DNA of 64,000 nt from positions 11,491,231 to 11,555,230 of the forward strand of contig MU054187.1 of the NCBI GenBank assembly GCA_013239625.1, written 5' to 3'. This document shows, piece by piece, positions 50,570 to 63,430 of the stretch. Within the stretch, counting starts at the first letter, position 1. Every line of letters begins with the position of its first letter. The notes under the pieces are model-generated. The model was given only the letters and a program-made list of their open reading frames with translations. It was not told the DNA's origin and did not search any database. This DNA comes from Lama guanicoe. Its lineage: Eukaryota. Position numbers and translations under genes: made by a program.

Positions 50570-51169
50570 GAAATGAGCAGGTAATCGGTAGCTTATTCTC
50601 TTTACTTATCAAATATGGATATCAATACTTATCTCCATGAGGTGTTGAGAGGATTAAAAACAATAAAGTGTAAAGCCCACAGCACAAACCTGGCTCATAG
50701 GAGAAACTGGAAAACACTGGCTTCTAGTAATAACTTTTTCCTGGTTGTGAGTACGTGGAATGGGAGTCTCCTTAGACCAAAAGCTGTGACAGTGGCTTCA
50801 GGAAGCGCCTATTTTGGTCTGACAGACTGTTTGGTGATGACAAGGAATAATGGTTTTTCTGGACCAAAGGACAGTTCCGAGCATTTGCTAGTTCATTCTT
50901 AAAGTCTTCGAGGGATGAATTCGGGGTCTTTATTGGATAAGATATCTTATGAACATAAACCTTAAGTTTATAGGAGCTCTCTGATAAACCTATGCACACA
51001 GTGGCCCAATGTAAGAAAACCCAGTTGGAGAATTCAGACTGAAAGCAAATGGATTTGGCCATGTTTATTCACATCCTGAGGAGCCTCCCTTTTATTCATC
51101 ACAGGGTTCCTTTCAATTAATGGAGTTTCTCTCGTCGCAGCTTTCTGCTCTGATGCAAATACTCTGTTT

Positions 51170-51312
51170 TGTTCTGTCCAGTATGGTCCCCTAGCCACGT
51201 GTGTCTGTTGAGACTTTGAAAGTGGCAACTGAGGAATGCGATTCTTAATTTTATTTAATTTCAATTAATTTAAATGTGGATTGCCTTCCTGTGGTTAGGG
51301 GCTGTATTGGAG
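51170..51312. mobile_element. MER3-like hAT-Charlie fragment
   Basis: 'ctgtccagtatgg..ctagccacgtgtg...caactgaggaa...aattttatttaattt.aattaatttaaat'. Confidence 0.7.
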
Positions 51313-54300
51313 AGACGGGGCCTCCAGTACGTTGGATAGCGCTTATGGTAGCCAATTAACTGAGAAGCTAAGAAGAACGTAGGCGGAGACACCGATAATT
51401 CTATTTTAATTCAAAGGCAGAATGAGCTGTTTCTGAAATTTTGTAATTCAATGGACAAATAAAGATTTATTGACCAAAAAAAAAAAAAAAATTATACTCT
51501 ACCACAGACGAAAGTCTAGCGGAGAAACATTTGTTATGCTTTATGCTATTTAATCATGCAAGGCAATGAAGCTTAAAAGGTTAAAAGTGGACACAAAAAT
51601 TAAAATTCTCTTCTGATTAACTGCTACCAAAAGTTTTCTGTTAGGAAGATACTCAGTTAAATTCGGAATACTTTTAACATGCTGGACCTCAGACCTCAGG
51701 AAAATTGATCCACTTAAGTATTTTAAGTGTTTCTTTTTATTGGTAAGATGTTCATGCAGTCAACGCTAATCTTTTTCTGGAAAGGTGATGCAGACACACT
51801 GAAAATTCTACTTTGTCCTTTGTGGTGTTTTAAAACAGTCTTATTCCTGCATAATTTATAATAAGAAACACTGACTCAGATTTTTCCCAGTGTCTATCAT
51901 TAAAATGTGGAGGCAGAGGGTGGGAAGTATAGTGTATTTTCTTCTTGTATTCTCTGCAATAAAGCTTCCCAAAGAGCACCATTCTGTATGACCCAAATCA
52001 TTTTGTTTTAAGGAAATAAAATATTCTAGCTTAGCTATGTTTCCACCTTCTCTTTAAGGAAGCTAATACTGATTTACAATTTTCAAATTTTATTCTATGT
52101 TGAATAAAGACTAAGAGGAACCCTGCTCCCGAAAACAGGACAAAGAGAAAGAAGATCTGGGAATCAAACTCAGATTTAACTCAAAATGATGTCTTAACAA
52201 CCATTCTTTAATTCAAGACCTCAGTAGAATCTCAGCTTTGTAATACAAATTATGTCTAAGGTAGAATGATTCCCAAAGATTTAATTTATCCTTTTGAAAA
52301 TCAGATTAAATATTAGACTGTCATTTTCAATAAATGATAGGTATCAGAAATCAATATGTGCCAGATATATATGAATTAATTTTAAAAATCAGAGTTGAAC
52401 ATTGTTCCAACATCATCGACTTCATTTGAATAATTTTTAGCAAAACATTCTCACTTTATAATCCCATTTAAACAGGATTCTTCTCTAACAAGAGGAAGCG
52501 TCTCTTCTAGTCTAGATAAAATTAGAGAATCCAGTGCAAGTGGAAGTAATAAAAGGAACCAGCTCTGGTCCTAACCAGGAAGGCTAGCTGTAGAAGTGAG
52601 ACAAGTCATCATAATTAAGGCATAGAATAAAACAGTTGAGAACTGATCAGAAATACTGACAAGAAAATCAGAATGAAAATGGATTTTATAAACCGACTCC
52701 CCATCACTGTCAAAAGTCTCCTCTTATTCTTTCCTTTAACAGAAAATATCCTGAACCGTCAAATTGAGCATAGAAAAAAATGGAGACGAGCAACCCCTAG
52801 CAGCACCAGAAGGGATCAGATCAAACAGTGAATAGATTCAATTTTGAAAAATAATTTTAAAATGCATGACAACTTTAAACACTTGAGCCTGCATGCCTAA
52901 GAGAGCCTCCCCCAGAAGCAGGTCCTGAGTCAAGGATTCAAGTGCAAGTAGTTTAGATTCAGAAAAGGCTGGACCAGGACTGCAACACAATGCGTGGGAA
53001 GAAAGGGCAACTTACAAAGGAAGTAGAAACATACCTCGGAATTGTCTCACTATGAGGGGGTGGGGCTGGGATGTTTATCAGCCATTGATTAAGTCAGTTT
53101 TAGCGGTGGGAGAACAGGGTGTTAATTCCTTAGCACTTGCAGAAGCCAAGCAGTTTTCCAGCCTACAAAGAAGACCTTCAGGCAAAAGAAGCCCTTCAGG
53201 CAGAGAGGACCAACAGACCTTCAGGAAGTATGCACAGAGACAGTTCCCCACCAGGAAGACTATAAGGTCCCAGGTACAGATGGGGCACTGAAAGCATCGT
53301 TCACACTGCTTCCTCCAAAATTTCACATTCGAGCCACCTACTCCTAAGCTATAAATACGCAATTTTAGCTTAGCCCTTACTTCTCCCCTTGACTCTACTT
53401 TATATTCTCCATAAATTAAGACTCTTCAGTCTATTCTCGCATTGTAAGTTCTTTAACATCAGCTTTGCTCTCAACTGAGTTATTAAAAAAAGTCACTCCT
53501 TCAGTAGTATTATGGTCTGTAATATGTCCATGAAAAATGATGGACTGGTCCACGGGGTAAGACCTTGGGCCATGCTAGCATTCAGAGAACCTTTTATGTT
53601 GCAAGAGCAGCAGAAATCACTGTGGCAGTTGCAAAAGTACACATTGTCCCAAAATAACAGGGAGGGAGCGGGGAAGGCAAATCTAAAACTGAAGTGGGAA
53701 GAAGCATTTCCAGTGAAAGGTCACTTCACTACTTGGAACACATATAGTCTTAAAAAAAAAAAAAAGGTCCAATCTAACTATTCTTAGGCTGCAAGGACAG
53801 TTCATAATATATCAGCAGATTCCTTCTAGGTCTGAAATTTTCCTGTTTGCTTTTACTGTGGATGTAGTCAAAGGGAGAGGATAATGTGCCCAGGTACATT
53901 TTACCCCAAACAACCTTGGCTGATGGAAGCATTTGATAAATATTATGCTTCACAGTTTAAAAAAATCAAATCAGAAAATTCGGGAAATAGGCAGGAACTA
54001 ATGGGACAAGAGCATTATAGAGTTCTTGGATTAAAGGAATTTATTGCCACTCAACAGAGGTATTGAGTACTGAACAAAGACGACCTGGTTAAAATGAGAT
54101 TAAGTTGTGTAGAACTGAGATTGCCTAATCTAGCTTTAGTAACGTCATTATTTTTAAGAGAAATAAAAACGAAAAAGTAGACCAGTACACATCACTGAAA
54201 ACTCTCTGGATGTTTTCACACCTGGTTTGGAGACCCATCCCCCGGCTTCTCCTTCTCCAAGTCCACTTGCAAGCATTTGACAGAACCACTGCTGAACAAG

Positions 54301-54474
54301 GTCCCTTCCCAGGGGTAGGTTTCATATTTACGTAAAACTCAGGCCACACTACGAAACCCACCATTCCCTGAAGCAAACCATCCATTGTACAACGCAACAA
54401 GTATTTTAAAAATCAGACATCTCTTATTACAGTAAATGATAGATACATGAAGTCTGTCCCTTTAACATCTAAAT

Positions 54475-54784
54475 CAGTGCCTTCTCAAGCCATCTGTGAC
54501 GAAGGACCATTTTTTTTGTTATTACTTCTACTCTACTGTTACTGATACTTTCACAAGATGCATTCATTCAAGATGAATGATTAGAAAGTGAACTTTTTAA
54601 ATGTATAAAATGTAAGCCCCAGTTATTACTGTTGTTATTGGGTTCAAGAGGCACAAAATTACTCTGTCAAATTTCTTTTTAAAAGCTTCTCAGCACTTAC
54701 TCTCATTTCAGCCTTTATCTTGTCTCAGACCAGTAGCTGCTGGTGGGCAGCACTGGCCTGGGTCCACACTTCTGAGTAGCACTG
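54475..54784. mobile_element. hAT-Charlie-type MITE
   Basis: Inverted termini cagtgccttctca... and ...tgagtagcactg, with a degenerate 8-bp flank (atctaaat / acctgact). Confidence 0.65.
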
Positions 54785-54828
54785 ACCTGACTAGCCAGGC
54801 ACATACTTTTTCAAAAGATATACTTTAC

Positions 54829-55046
54829 CTCTGACATTCTTTCCAAATCCTATAGAAGAAACTTTTTTGTCCACTTGTTCACAGTTGTTTGGTTTCTCCT
54901 TCACAACATCATCATCGCCAACAACATCAGCAGAATATTTTTTCTTTTTCTTTTTCTTGTGTCGAGGTGGAAGCTTTTTTGGAAAAGTAAACATTGGGAA
55001 TATCACAAGAAACATTGCAATGGCACAAAGGAGGAATCCACTCCAC
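54829..55046 (-). CDS. SLCO5A1: SLCO5A1 coding exon 4 (218 nt)
   Basis: Completes TG|G (Trp), then WSGFLLCAIAMFLVIFPMFTFPKKLPPRHKKKKKKKYSADVV...GFGKNVR. Acceptor ttttAG at 55048-55047, donor GTAAAG at 54828-54823. Phase matches both neighbours. Confidence 0.96.
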
Positions 55047-57614
55047 CTAAAAAATCGGGAAATGTGAATAGTATTTACGGTTTTTGTATCTAGAGTGAGA
55101 ACAAATTAGCAAAGCAGACATTTATGATGATAAATTCCTCCAGAGAAAACTTTTTACCTTCATCAGTTGTACAGCAGTTAAGAAGTTAGGAAACCTGAGA
55201 AAATACAGGAACCCTCCCTTTCTGCAGTATAAGTGAGAAATCTACCCAATGACCATACCACTACTATAATGAATATTATCATTAGCAGCCTGACTGGAAT
55301 TTCATTCAAGTGTTTTTGAGCACATACGTGTTAGTTCTGCTCACTAACACTGTTAGTTCTACTACAATGTGCATTTTATTAGAAATCAGCGGCTCATAAA
55401 TTTAATAGAAAAACAATATAAACTGCATAGCATGCTTTATGGACCAATACAGATACTTTTTTCTCAAGAGAAAACCATTAATACCTGGTGTGAAGTCATG
55501 TCAAATTGCTGATGGCATTTAAATATTTTTCTGCAAGCACTTGAGAAGGTATTGACCCTTCTGAGCTGGCCTTCCCTAAACTTAAGCAAGTGAGAGTGCT
55601 GCTAAAGACATTTACACTTGCTCTTTGCCATCAAGAACTTACAACCTAGTTGTAAGAGAGCTAAAGATACAAGAAACAATTCCCAGAAATGCAAGAATGT
55701 CCATGATTAAGTGTTAGATCATGTTAGATCACAGAAGATGAACACTATACAAATTCAGAGGGGAAATCAACGGGTCAGAAAGTTTCTGAGGCAAAGTAGA
55801 ACTGAAGCTAAGTAGAATTGAGATTCTGTCTTTAAACTCATCTAAGGTTGCCATGCGGCAGAGGTTAGGAAGCGAATACCAGCGTAGATCTCAGATTCTA
55901 GCCTTGTATTAGAACCATGTGGTAAGGCCTTGTGCTTCTTGCCTGCATAATTTCCCAAGGGCAATTTTTCAGTCTCCTTCCAGCCTTTCCTTAGCAAACA
56001 GAGGTCCCTGGTCATGCCTGAGGTGGCCTAACATGCCTTTCCAACCAGGATTCCTCAGCTCCAAACTCTGCCTCAAAGCTTCGAAGTTCATAAATGCTCA
56101 GATTCTGGCCTCGGTATCAATGTTACCATCGGCTGTTATCAGAATGCAAGCAGCGTTCTAAGCATTCATGTTGACGACAACCCAGTGAGAATCCAGATCA
56201 AGTGCAAAGTGAAAATTCGTTTTTTAGAAAAATAAGTGTTTCTATTAAAATGCTGTTATCAGCTGCTAAAGGTCACAGGTTAGCTGAGAGGATGACTCCT
56301 AGAACCAGTCATTAACAATCCACTGTGCTGTTTTCAAAGATACTTAACATTATATCCAATTAAGATATCAAATAATCAGAAAAAGGTTTTATTTTGAGAA
56401 GACGGCTCAAGGCAGACTTCCAGCAACCTCAGTTATTCAGTATATAATCACGAACCCAGTGCCTGACACAGGTTAGGTGCTCAAAAATCTTCCTAAATAA
56501 ATAAACTGAATGAGATAGGTTTTTAAAAACCAGAGTCATCTGCCTGCAGGGAGCAGAGCTATAATAATATCTGGCCCTGTTTGTACTTGGCTGCATACAA
56601 GGCCTTTACTAACCCAGCCCTGCTGTTACGGTTCTTGAATTGCTTTTTGCAAACTCTGCATTCAAGTCCCCTGAACCCCTTACTTCCCGGGATCTGTCAC
56701 ACTCTCTCCAGAAGAGGGCAGGCAGCCGAGTGTCAGAGGCAGTCTCGAGCTGTGGTTTCAGACAGACTTGGGTTTTTATCCTGTCTTTACCACTTACTAG
56801 CTCTAAGATCCTGAGGAAATTAGTCAGCTTTTCTTTCTCTCTTTCTTTCCTTCTTCCTTTCTTTCTTTCTTTTTGCTGTACAAATACTAGATAGGTTTTG
56901 CTGCTAAATAGTTATAATGCTTATCACTAGTCATACACAACAGGAAAAAGAGGAAATGGCAGACGTTTGCAAAATATTATTAGTGAGAAATTAGACAATT
57001 CAAGAAAAATCGAAGACATATATATGCATGGTTAGCTTTTCTGAATGGGCTTTCTCATCTGAAAGGGGGGTAATAATAACTTTGGGGGGGTCATCAAAAT
57101 CAATAAGACAATATATAAGACCTGATAAAATGCCTAGCCTCAAATCAGCAGTCAATTCATAGCAGCTAGTTTTGTTTCTCATAACAAACTCAGGGCCCCC
57201 ACCTCCACTCAGAGCCACTGACATAAAATTACAAGCAAACATTAAAGACGCCCTCAGAGTAGCTCGAAAGGAGAGCAAATAACAGAAGAAGGGGGAGAAT
57301 TACAGTGAATAAACAAAAATAATGTAAAAGTCTGGGGCCTTTTCTAAGCAGAGCAAACCAGCCCACATTCTTCAACATTCTCCAGGAACATCAAAGTTAA
57401 CACATGATACAACCGCATGTGTAAAGCTGAGTCAGGCAAGAAAATGTGCATTATATGCGGGAAACAGCTACATCAGTCAGAGCTAAAATTGAAAAGCCAC
57501 GGCCCTAACTCCCTTTCATGAACCATCGCTCAGAGACACTCCCTACTGAAGGGAGGACAGATAAGCATATTGTCTAAGACCTCCCCCCTGGACTCAGTTC
57601 CCTATCCGTCTCTC

Positions 57615-57790
57615 ACTGATTCTGTGGCTTTGGGCAAGGTATTCAAATTGGTGAGCATCAGTTTCCTCATCTGCATAATGGGCATACCATTAGTGACTAC
57701 ATACGGTTGTTATAAGGCTTAAATGAAAATGCTTGTAAAGCATTTAGTATAATGCTTGACGCACAGTAGGCACCCGGTAAATATCAGCAT
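57615..57790 (+). mobile_element. MIR SINE
   Basis: 'ctttgggcaag...tcagtttcctcatctgcataatggg...ttgtaaagcatttagta'. Confidence 0.75.
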
Positions 57791-58109
57791 CATTCACTCA
57801 GTCTTTCCTTCACTCTTCCAGCATCTATTCACCAAAAACCCTGTCATTACCACTAGGCATCATAAAAAATAACATTGTATCAGATAACACTGTCTCTGTT
57901 CAAGGTAGATGTCTGTTACAAACAGGGCTACTCAATAAACAAAAATTCATTTCCAAAGAGACCCCTATTATGTATTTCTAGATGGACAACTTTACCATTT
58001 GCAGAACTGCTATGGAGCCATTGAAATGAACAAAACCACTTGAACACTGATTAAATCCAAAGGACTGAATAACAGCAAACACACATTATGGAGCAAGAAC
58101 TATTTACAG

Positions 58110-58315
58110 CTCCACATACATAGACCCATTTATTCCTTACAGCAACCTTACTGCAAGTAGGTACTGCAACTACTTCCACTTTATGGATTAAAACAGAACA
58201 AAACCTGAGGTTCAGAGAAGTTAAGTAACTTCCCCAAGGTCACACAGTTACTAGGTAGCAGACTGGGGTTTAAACCCAGGGGAGTATAGCTTGAGGGTCT
58301 GCACTCAGTCTCTCC
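58110..58315 (-). mobile_element. MIR SINE
   Basis: 'ctgaggttcagagaagttaagtaacttccccaaggtcacacagttact...tttaaacccagg'. Confidence 0.78.
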
Positions 58316-59506
58316 ACTTTGCTACCAATTGGGTTGACGTCCATTAGAAAACTTCTGGAAAACAGCGTAAGGCCTTGTGTCCTAAAGCTCCTGCCTTCTC
58401 CCTTCTCCCTGCCCCTGAGCTGGTCCCCTGCGCCTCTCTCTCCCCCTCCAGATGTTCCCTTATTGCCCTGTTCTTCTCATGGATCCTATAGAGAACACAG
58501 ACTGTACATGGGATGTTCACAGACACATTTGAATAATCTAGTTTTCTGGGATTTTTTTTAAAAATCCTTACTTTGAATTATTTCAAAGAAGTGCAAAGAA
58601 GACAGCCATTGTGACCAAAAATCTCACTATGGATCAAGACCTTAAAATTCCTGTGTTATTCCCCTACTGCTGACAAGGGAACTCCCTTTTGAACAATTAG
58701 AAAATTCTACCAGGCAAGGCTCATCTAGGTCTCAGCACTTCCATTCTCAAAGAGTATTTACTTACGAAAATAAGAAGTGTTCTATAATTTTATTAACATT
58801 TATTAACTGCTTAGAAAATACTGCTAAACATTACGCCCACATACCTCAAGCTATGGGGTTATTATCTCATAATGAAACACAGAGAGAACACAAGTCGTCT
58901 AAGAAACTCTTTAGAAAGTAATTACTTGGCACTAGTTTCTAATAATGAAATACTCTCTCTGTTTGAAAATGAACACTTCTTATCCATGTATACCTACTAC
59001 TAACCCATGTTAAATGAATTCGGGATGCTGACACATCCAGTTAGTGCTTGCAGTCATGAAAAAATAACTTATGTTCAAGATGAGGACTGAGAAGAATTCA
59101 GATGCAGCCCTGGGTAGATGGATAAATAATCTACCATTCAAAGTTGGAGCTCTCATTCTAAGTCCTAAACGTACTGATTTAGCAAGACAGTTAAAGGACA
59201 CTAAGGGAGAGAGCAGCTGAATCTGCAGCACACCCGGGAAACAAACAATTACTGAGCGCGAGGATTCACTAAGAGTGTGGCAGTGGACAGTGGGGGAAGA
59301 CGAAGCAGAAACACAAATACAATGAGGAAGTGGGGAGAAAATACTTTTTTAAAGGCACAGAAAAGATAATGAAAGCTATGATTAACGTACACAGGAAAGT
59401 CCCAAGACAGCCACGTTCCCCTTTTCCTTCACTCGGCTATGAAGAAAAGAGCCGTCTGAATCCCAAAGAATGTGGATGAAGCCCTTGCTCTCAACTCTTC
59501 CAAAAG

Positions 59507-60029
59507 AGTTTCTTAGGTGATAACAGATCACCACACCCTGCATGGCTTAGAGCAACACAAATGTTTTATCTTATTATATTATCTTCTGGAGGTCAGATGT
59601 AAAAAAGTGGGTTGGCAGGGCTGCATTCCTTCTGGAGGCTCCAGGGAAGAACCCATTTCTTTGCTTTTCCCAGCTTCTACAATCCACCTTGGCTCGTGGT
59701 CATTTTCAAAGCACATCACCCCAAACTCTCCTTCAACCATCGTAACTTCTTCTCTTACTCTGAACCCCCCTGCCTCTTTCTTTCTGTTATAAGAACCCTT
59801 GTAGTTATATTGGACCCATCTGGATCATCCAGGATAATCTTCCCATCTCAAGATTCTAAATTCAATCACATCTGCAAAGTCCTTTTGCCACGTAGAGGTA
59901 ACACATTCACAGGTTCTGGGGATTCAGATATCTTTGGGGATTATAATTTCCACTATCTCTGTAAAAGGCATGAGTGAGAAGGTCCAAATGGACATGGATA
60001 TCTTTGAGGATTATTATTCTGCCTACCAC
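59507..60029 (-). mobile_element. MaLR LTR (MLT1C-like) carrying a ~65-bp insertion near one end
   Basis: 'ttggcagggctgcattccttctggaggctccagggaagaa...ccaggataatcttcccatctcaag...aatcacatctgcaaagtccttttgcca...ttattctgcctaccac'. Confidence 0.85.
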
Positions 60030-60156
60030 CCCCTCCTAGGTGACATTTAGCTGTTTTTTTGTCTTCTCATTCTGGAAATTTTTATTTTAACCACAAGGGG
60101 TCTATGACTCTATCATAGTAACAAGTGAAATAAAAGATTTAGCAAACAATTCTTAC

Positions 60157-60289
60157 CAGTTTCCAATGAAACGAGGATCATTCTGGTTAAGATGAACGGG
60201 ATTTCTGGGATCAACATAAAAACCAATAAGAAGTCCACCTAATAAATATCCCACTGCAGGACCAAGTGCGCCCATGACATACATGATGG
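60157..60289 (-). CDS. SLCO5A1: SLCO5A1 coding exon 3 (133 nt), first exon present in the window
   Basis: Reads (A)[43 protein letters not shown](W), containing the OATP 'GP..G..LG' helix and the start of the D-x-R-W/F-(I/V)-G-x-W-W signature. Acceptor tcttctcAG at 60291-60290, donor GTAAGA at 60156-60151. Not in the ORF track. Confidence 0.96.
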
Positions 60290-62669
60290 CTGAGAAGACA
60301 GAAGGGGAAATGTGAAATGTAACATCGTGTTATTTGTTTCAGTAGCTGTCTAATGTCAATCACACCGTGCATAGATCACAGATAAATCCAGTTAACAACT
60401 TCCCAAAACAGAGAACTTTAGCGGTTGTGTCTGTGTTAACATTGGAGTTTCAAGCTGTATCCTTTATTTAACTGTTGCCTATTGTCCTCTTAGAACATCA
60501 CAGCTAGAAGATTCTAACAGGTTGAGGGAACTCAAAGGACAGTTTTTCTGGATTCAGTTGAATTGGCAAAGCTGCTTAAATATCCTCAAATCACTAATAT
60601 TTTTCAAATCACCACTTTAGAATCAAAGACCTCACAATGCATTAGGGTTATTGTTAATTGAGAAATATTACTTAAAAATTAATCAAGCTCCTTAAAAGTC
60701 GTGAGTGAGAAGGTCCAAACGCAAAACACAAACCCACAGCTGAAATAGAAAAGTTTTTAAAGCACAGGTCCATGGGGAGCTTACTGTCAGTAGACCAGAA
60801 AGGTGGTCATTCTATCCAAAAAATGTGGCCATCAAAATGGGCATTATAGCACAAACAACAGCAACAAATTCACTGTCATTTCTTCACATTGCTTTCACTG
60901 CTGTAATTAAAATTTTTTAAATAAATAATATTTTCCCAAGTTTTAAATTTTGAGGTAGGATGTGAAATTCCTTGAAAGTCACAGAAAAATCCAACCACCC
61001 TTCAAACTCACTTTTCCTCCTGTTAAAACCCAGTTTGGGGACAAATCCATAAACATTTCTAAGAGTTTACAAGTCATGAAATAAACTCAGGTGATAACTT
61101 GCTTCTCATTCCTGTTGCTGTCATGTATTTTAACCAAAAAATAAATAAATGACTTGTCATATCTTTAAATAGTACCAAAAAGCAAATTGGACTTATCATA
61201 ATAGCTTCACCTGACTTTATGCTCTGTGACCTAAATAAACGTTGAATAATTTTGTCCTTCCTGTTATAACTGCAGACGGTGATTTAACACCTGCTCTCAC
61301 TCTCCTCAGCATTTCCAAAGAGAAAGCGCAGTGTTTATTTATTTTACAGAATCGTCTGCTTGTAACAGCAAGACATTAGGTTCTTCTCCATCTATGTTTG
61401 GAAATGAAGAACAGAGGCACAGCCACAAGTGAATGGCATTCTTCGGAAGCATGCATTTAATAATGTAAAATTAGAATTCTGATAGATATCTTGTTAACCT
61501 TTTGTTGATAACCTAAAACTGAACTCAAGATTAGAAAGTATTTTTTTCAGCACCAGGTTTCCCGTACGCGTAGGAAGATAAAATTGATGTTTACACCTCC
61601 AGGCAAAGCAGCGCCATCTACAACTTAAAACTGTAATGAGGCCAAAATGTGACATGAATCATCTTCCTGAAATAGTTCTTCTGGCATGAAAGGGACTGTC
61701 TTACAAACACAGATGGGGAAAGGGTATTTCCGCCACACTGTTTATGCCCAGGGCACTCGAGCGCTGCATCTTGGAGAGCCAAGAAGTGACGTGCAGGATG
61801 TATACTGGCAGGACCACGCGATGAACCAGTGAATGGAAAACCAAATAAATAACATTCACCGAGAAACCCCAACTGCTTTAGGACATAGAGACAAAGCTTT
61901 CTTAAATTCAGCTATACATAATCATAAAAATTCATTTTTATTATATAGCAAATAATTTTAAGTCCAATGGAATCATTCTCACTGACAGAAGTCTGCATGT
62001 ACACCTACATAAGTATATCTACAATTACACTACACGCTATACTATGTAACAAAGTGCAACCACTATGCTCTAAACAGAAACATGCTTATATATGTGTGGA
62101 TATATATCAATAACTGTATGTGTATGTATAATAACTTACTGATACGTTCTCATTCAGTACATAAATCATTCTGGCCATTGAGTTAACATTTGTTAATTCG
62201 GTAACTAATGGCCTTCATTCAGAGCTTATCAGAGGAGCGAACTGTTGAAGCAAATTCAACCACTAACAGTCCCATTCAAAAAGTCCCCATCACGCCTCAC
62301 TGCCCAATGTAAAAATTCTATTTGGAGTTCAAGGGTGGGACAAGTTGGCCAATCTACTGCCTGTACTCAGGGCTCCATGTGGACCGATGCGTAACAGGCC
62401 TGGGCAGAGCCACCTCCCTTCCTCTGTGGCTCCCATGGTGCAACCCCCCGCCCCCACCTTTCTGTCTGAACTCTGCCCAGTCCTCCAGGCCCTGCCACGT
62501 CCAGCACTGACCACCCTCACCTGAGTGCTCTCTCCCTCCTCAAAATCCCTGCAGACAATATACTGTCTATGCCAGTGGCCACAACTTTTCACTGCGCATC
62601 CCACCAGTAAAAGGTTGTAAACCTGGACCCCCGGTGTACTTTTCAGTAACAGACTGTGTAAGTACCATT

Positions 62670-63430
62670 CGTCTCCGTCTCACAGCTCAAATCTGGATCA
62701 GTAAACCCTGCTGGTTCTACCAACAAACCATGCCCAATATGCAGCTCTTTCTCCGTGCCTTTACTGTGATCCAAGCCACCATCATCACCCGTCTGGAAAA
62801 CTGCTCTGGGTTTTCCAGCGGGCATCCATGCCTCTGTCCTTACTTCCAACGTATTTCCAACACAGCCTTCTAAAGGAGCCTCTAGAAACACGAGCCAGAT
62901 CACATCACTTCTTTGTTCACCCGCTCCAGTGTCTTCCCATTCCACTCCCAATAAAAAGCCAAAGTTCTTTTCTGTGGCTACTAGGACCTCCCACACGCTT
63001 GACCCACACCTATTATCCATTTGGTCTCCATCCCTCTCCTGTTCACTGGGTTCGAGGTGCACTGACCTCCTTACGCTTCATCCTTCCAGGAGCGGTGCCA
63101 TGTTAGTGTGTTAGTACTTGCTCTGGGCGGGGGTTTTTTGGGGTGGGGAGTGTGTGTGTGTGGGCATTGGTCTGCCCCTAGACAGCCACATGGCTCATTC
63201 CCTTACTTCCTCTAGGTAGTAACTCTGTTCCTTCTCACTGAGGCCCTACTGGGCGATGCTATCTAAAATCTACAACTCTTTCCCCGACTCTGCTGTATTT
63301 TTGTTCCCAGCATGTATCACTCCCTAATACACCATACATTGCCTTGGTTCATCTTATTTGTCACCTGTCCTCCCCGACTAGAACGGATGCTTCACACGGT
63401 GTCCCCCACACCCAGGTGTGCAGGAGGCAT
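62670..63430 (+). mobile_element. L2 3' region
   Basis: 'tccaagccaccatcatca...tttccaacacagcc...ccagatcacatcactt...cacatggctcattcccttacttcct'. Confidence 0.75.

Noticed and set aside
53167..53226. Three short 'ccttcagg' repeats
   Set aside because: Local slippage duplication within what looks like an old LTR remnant. It is not a CRISPR-like array.
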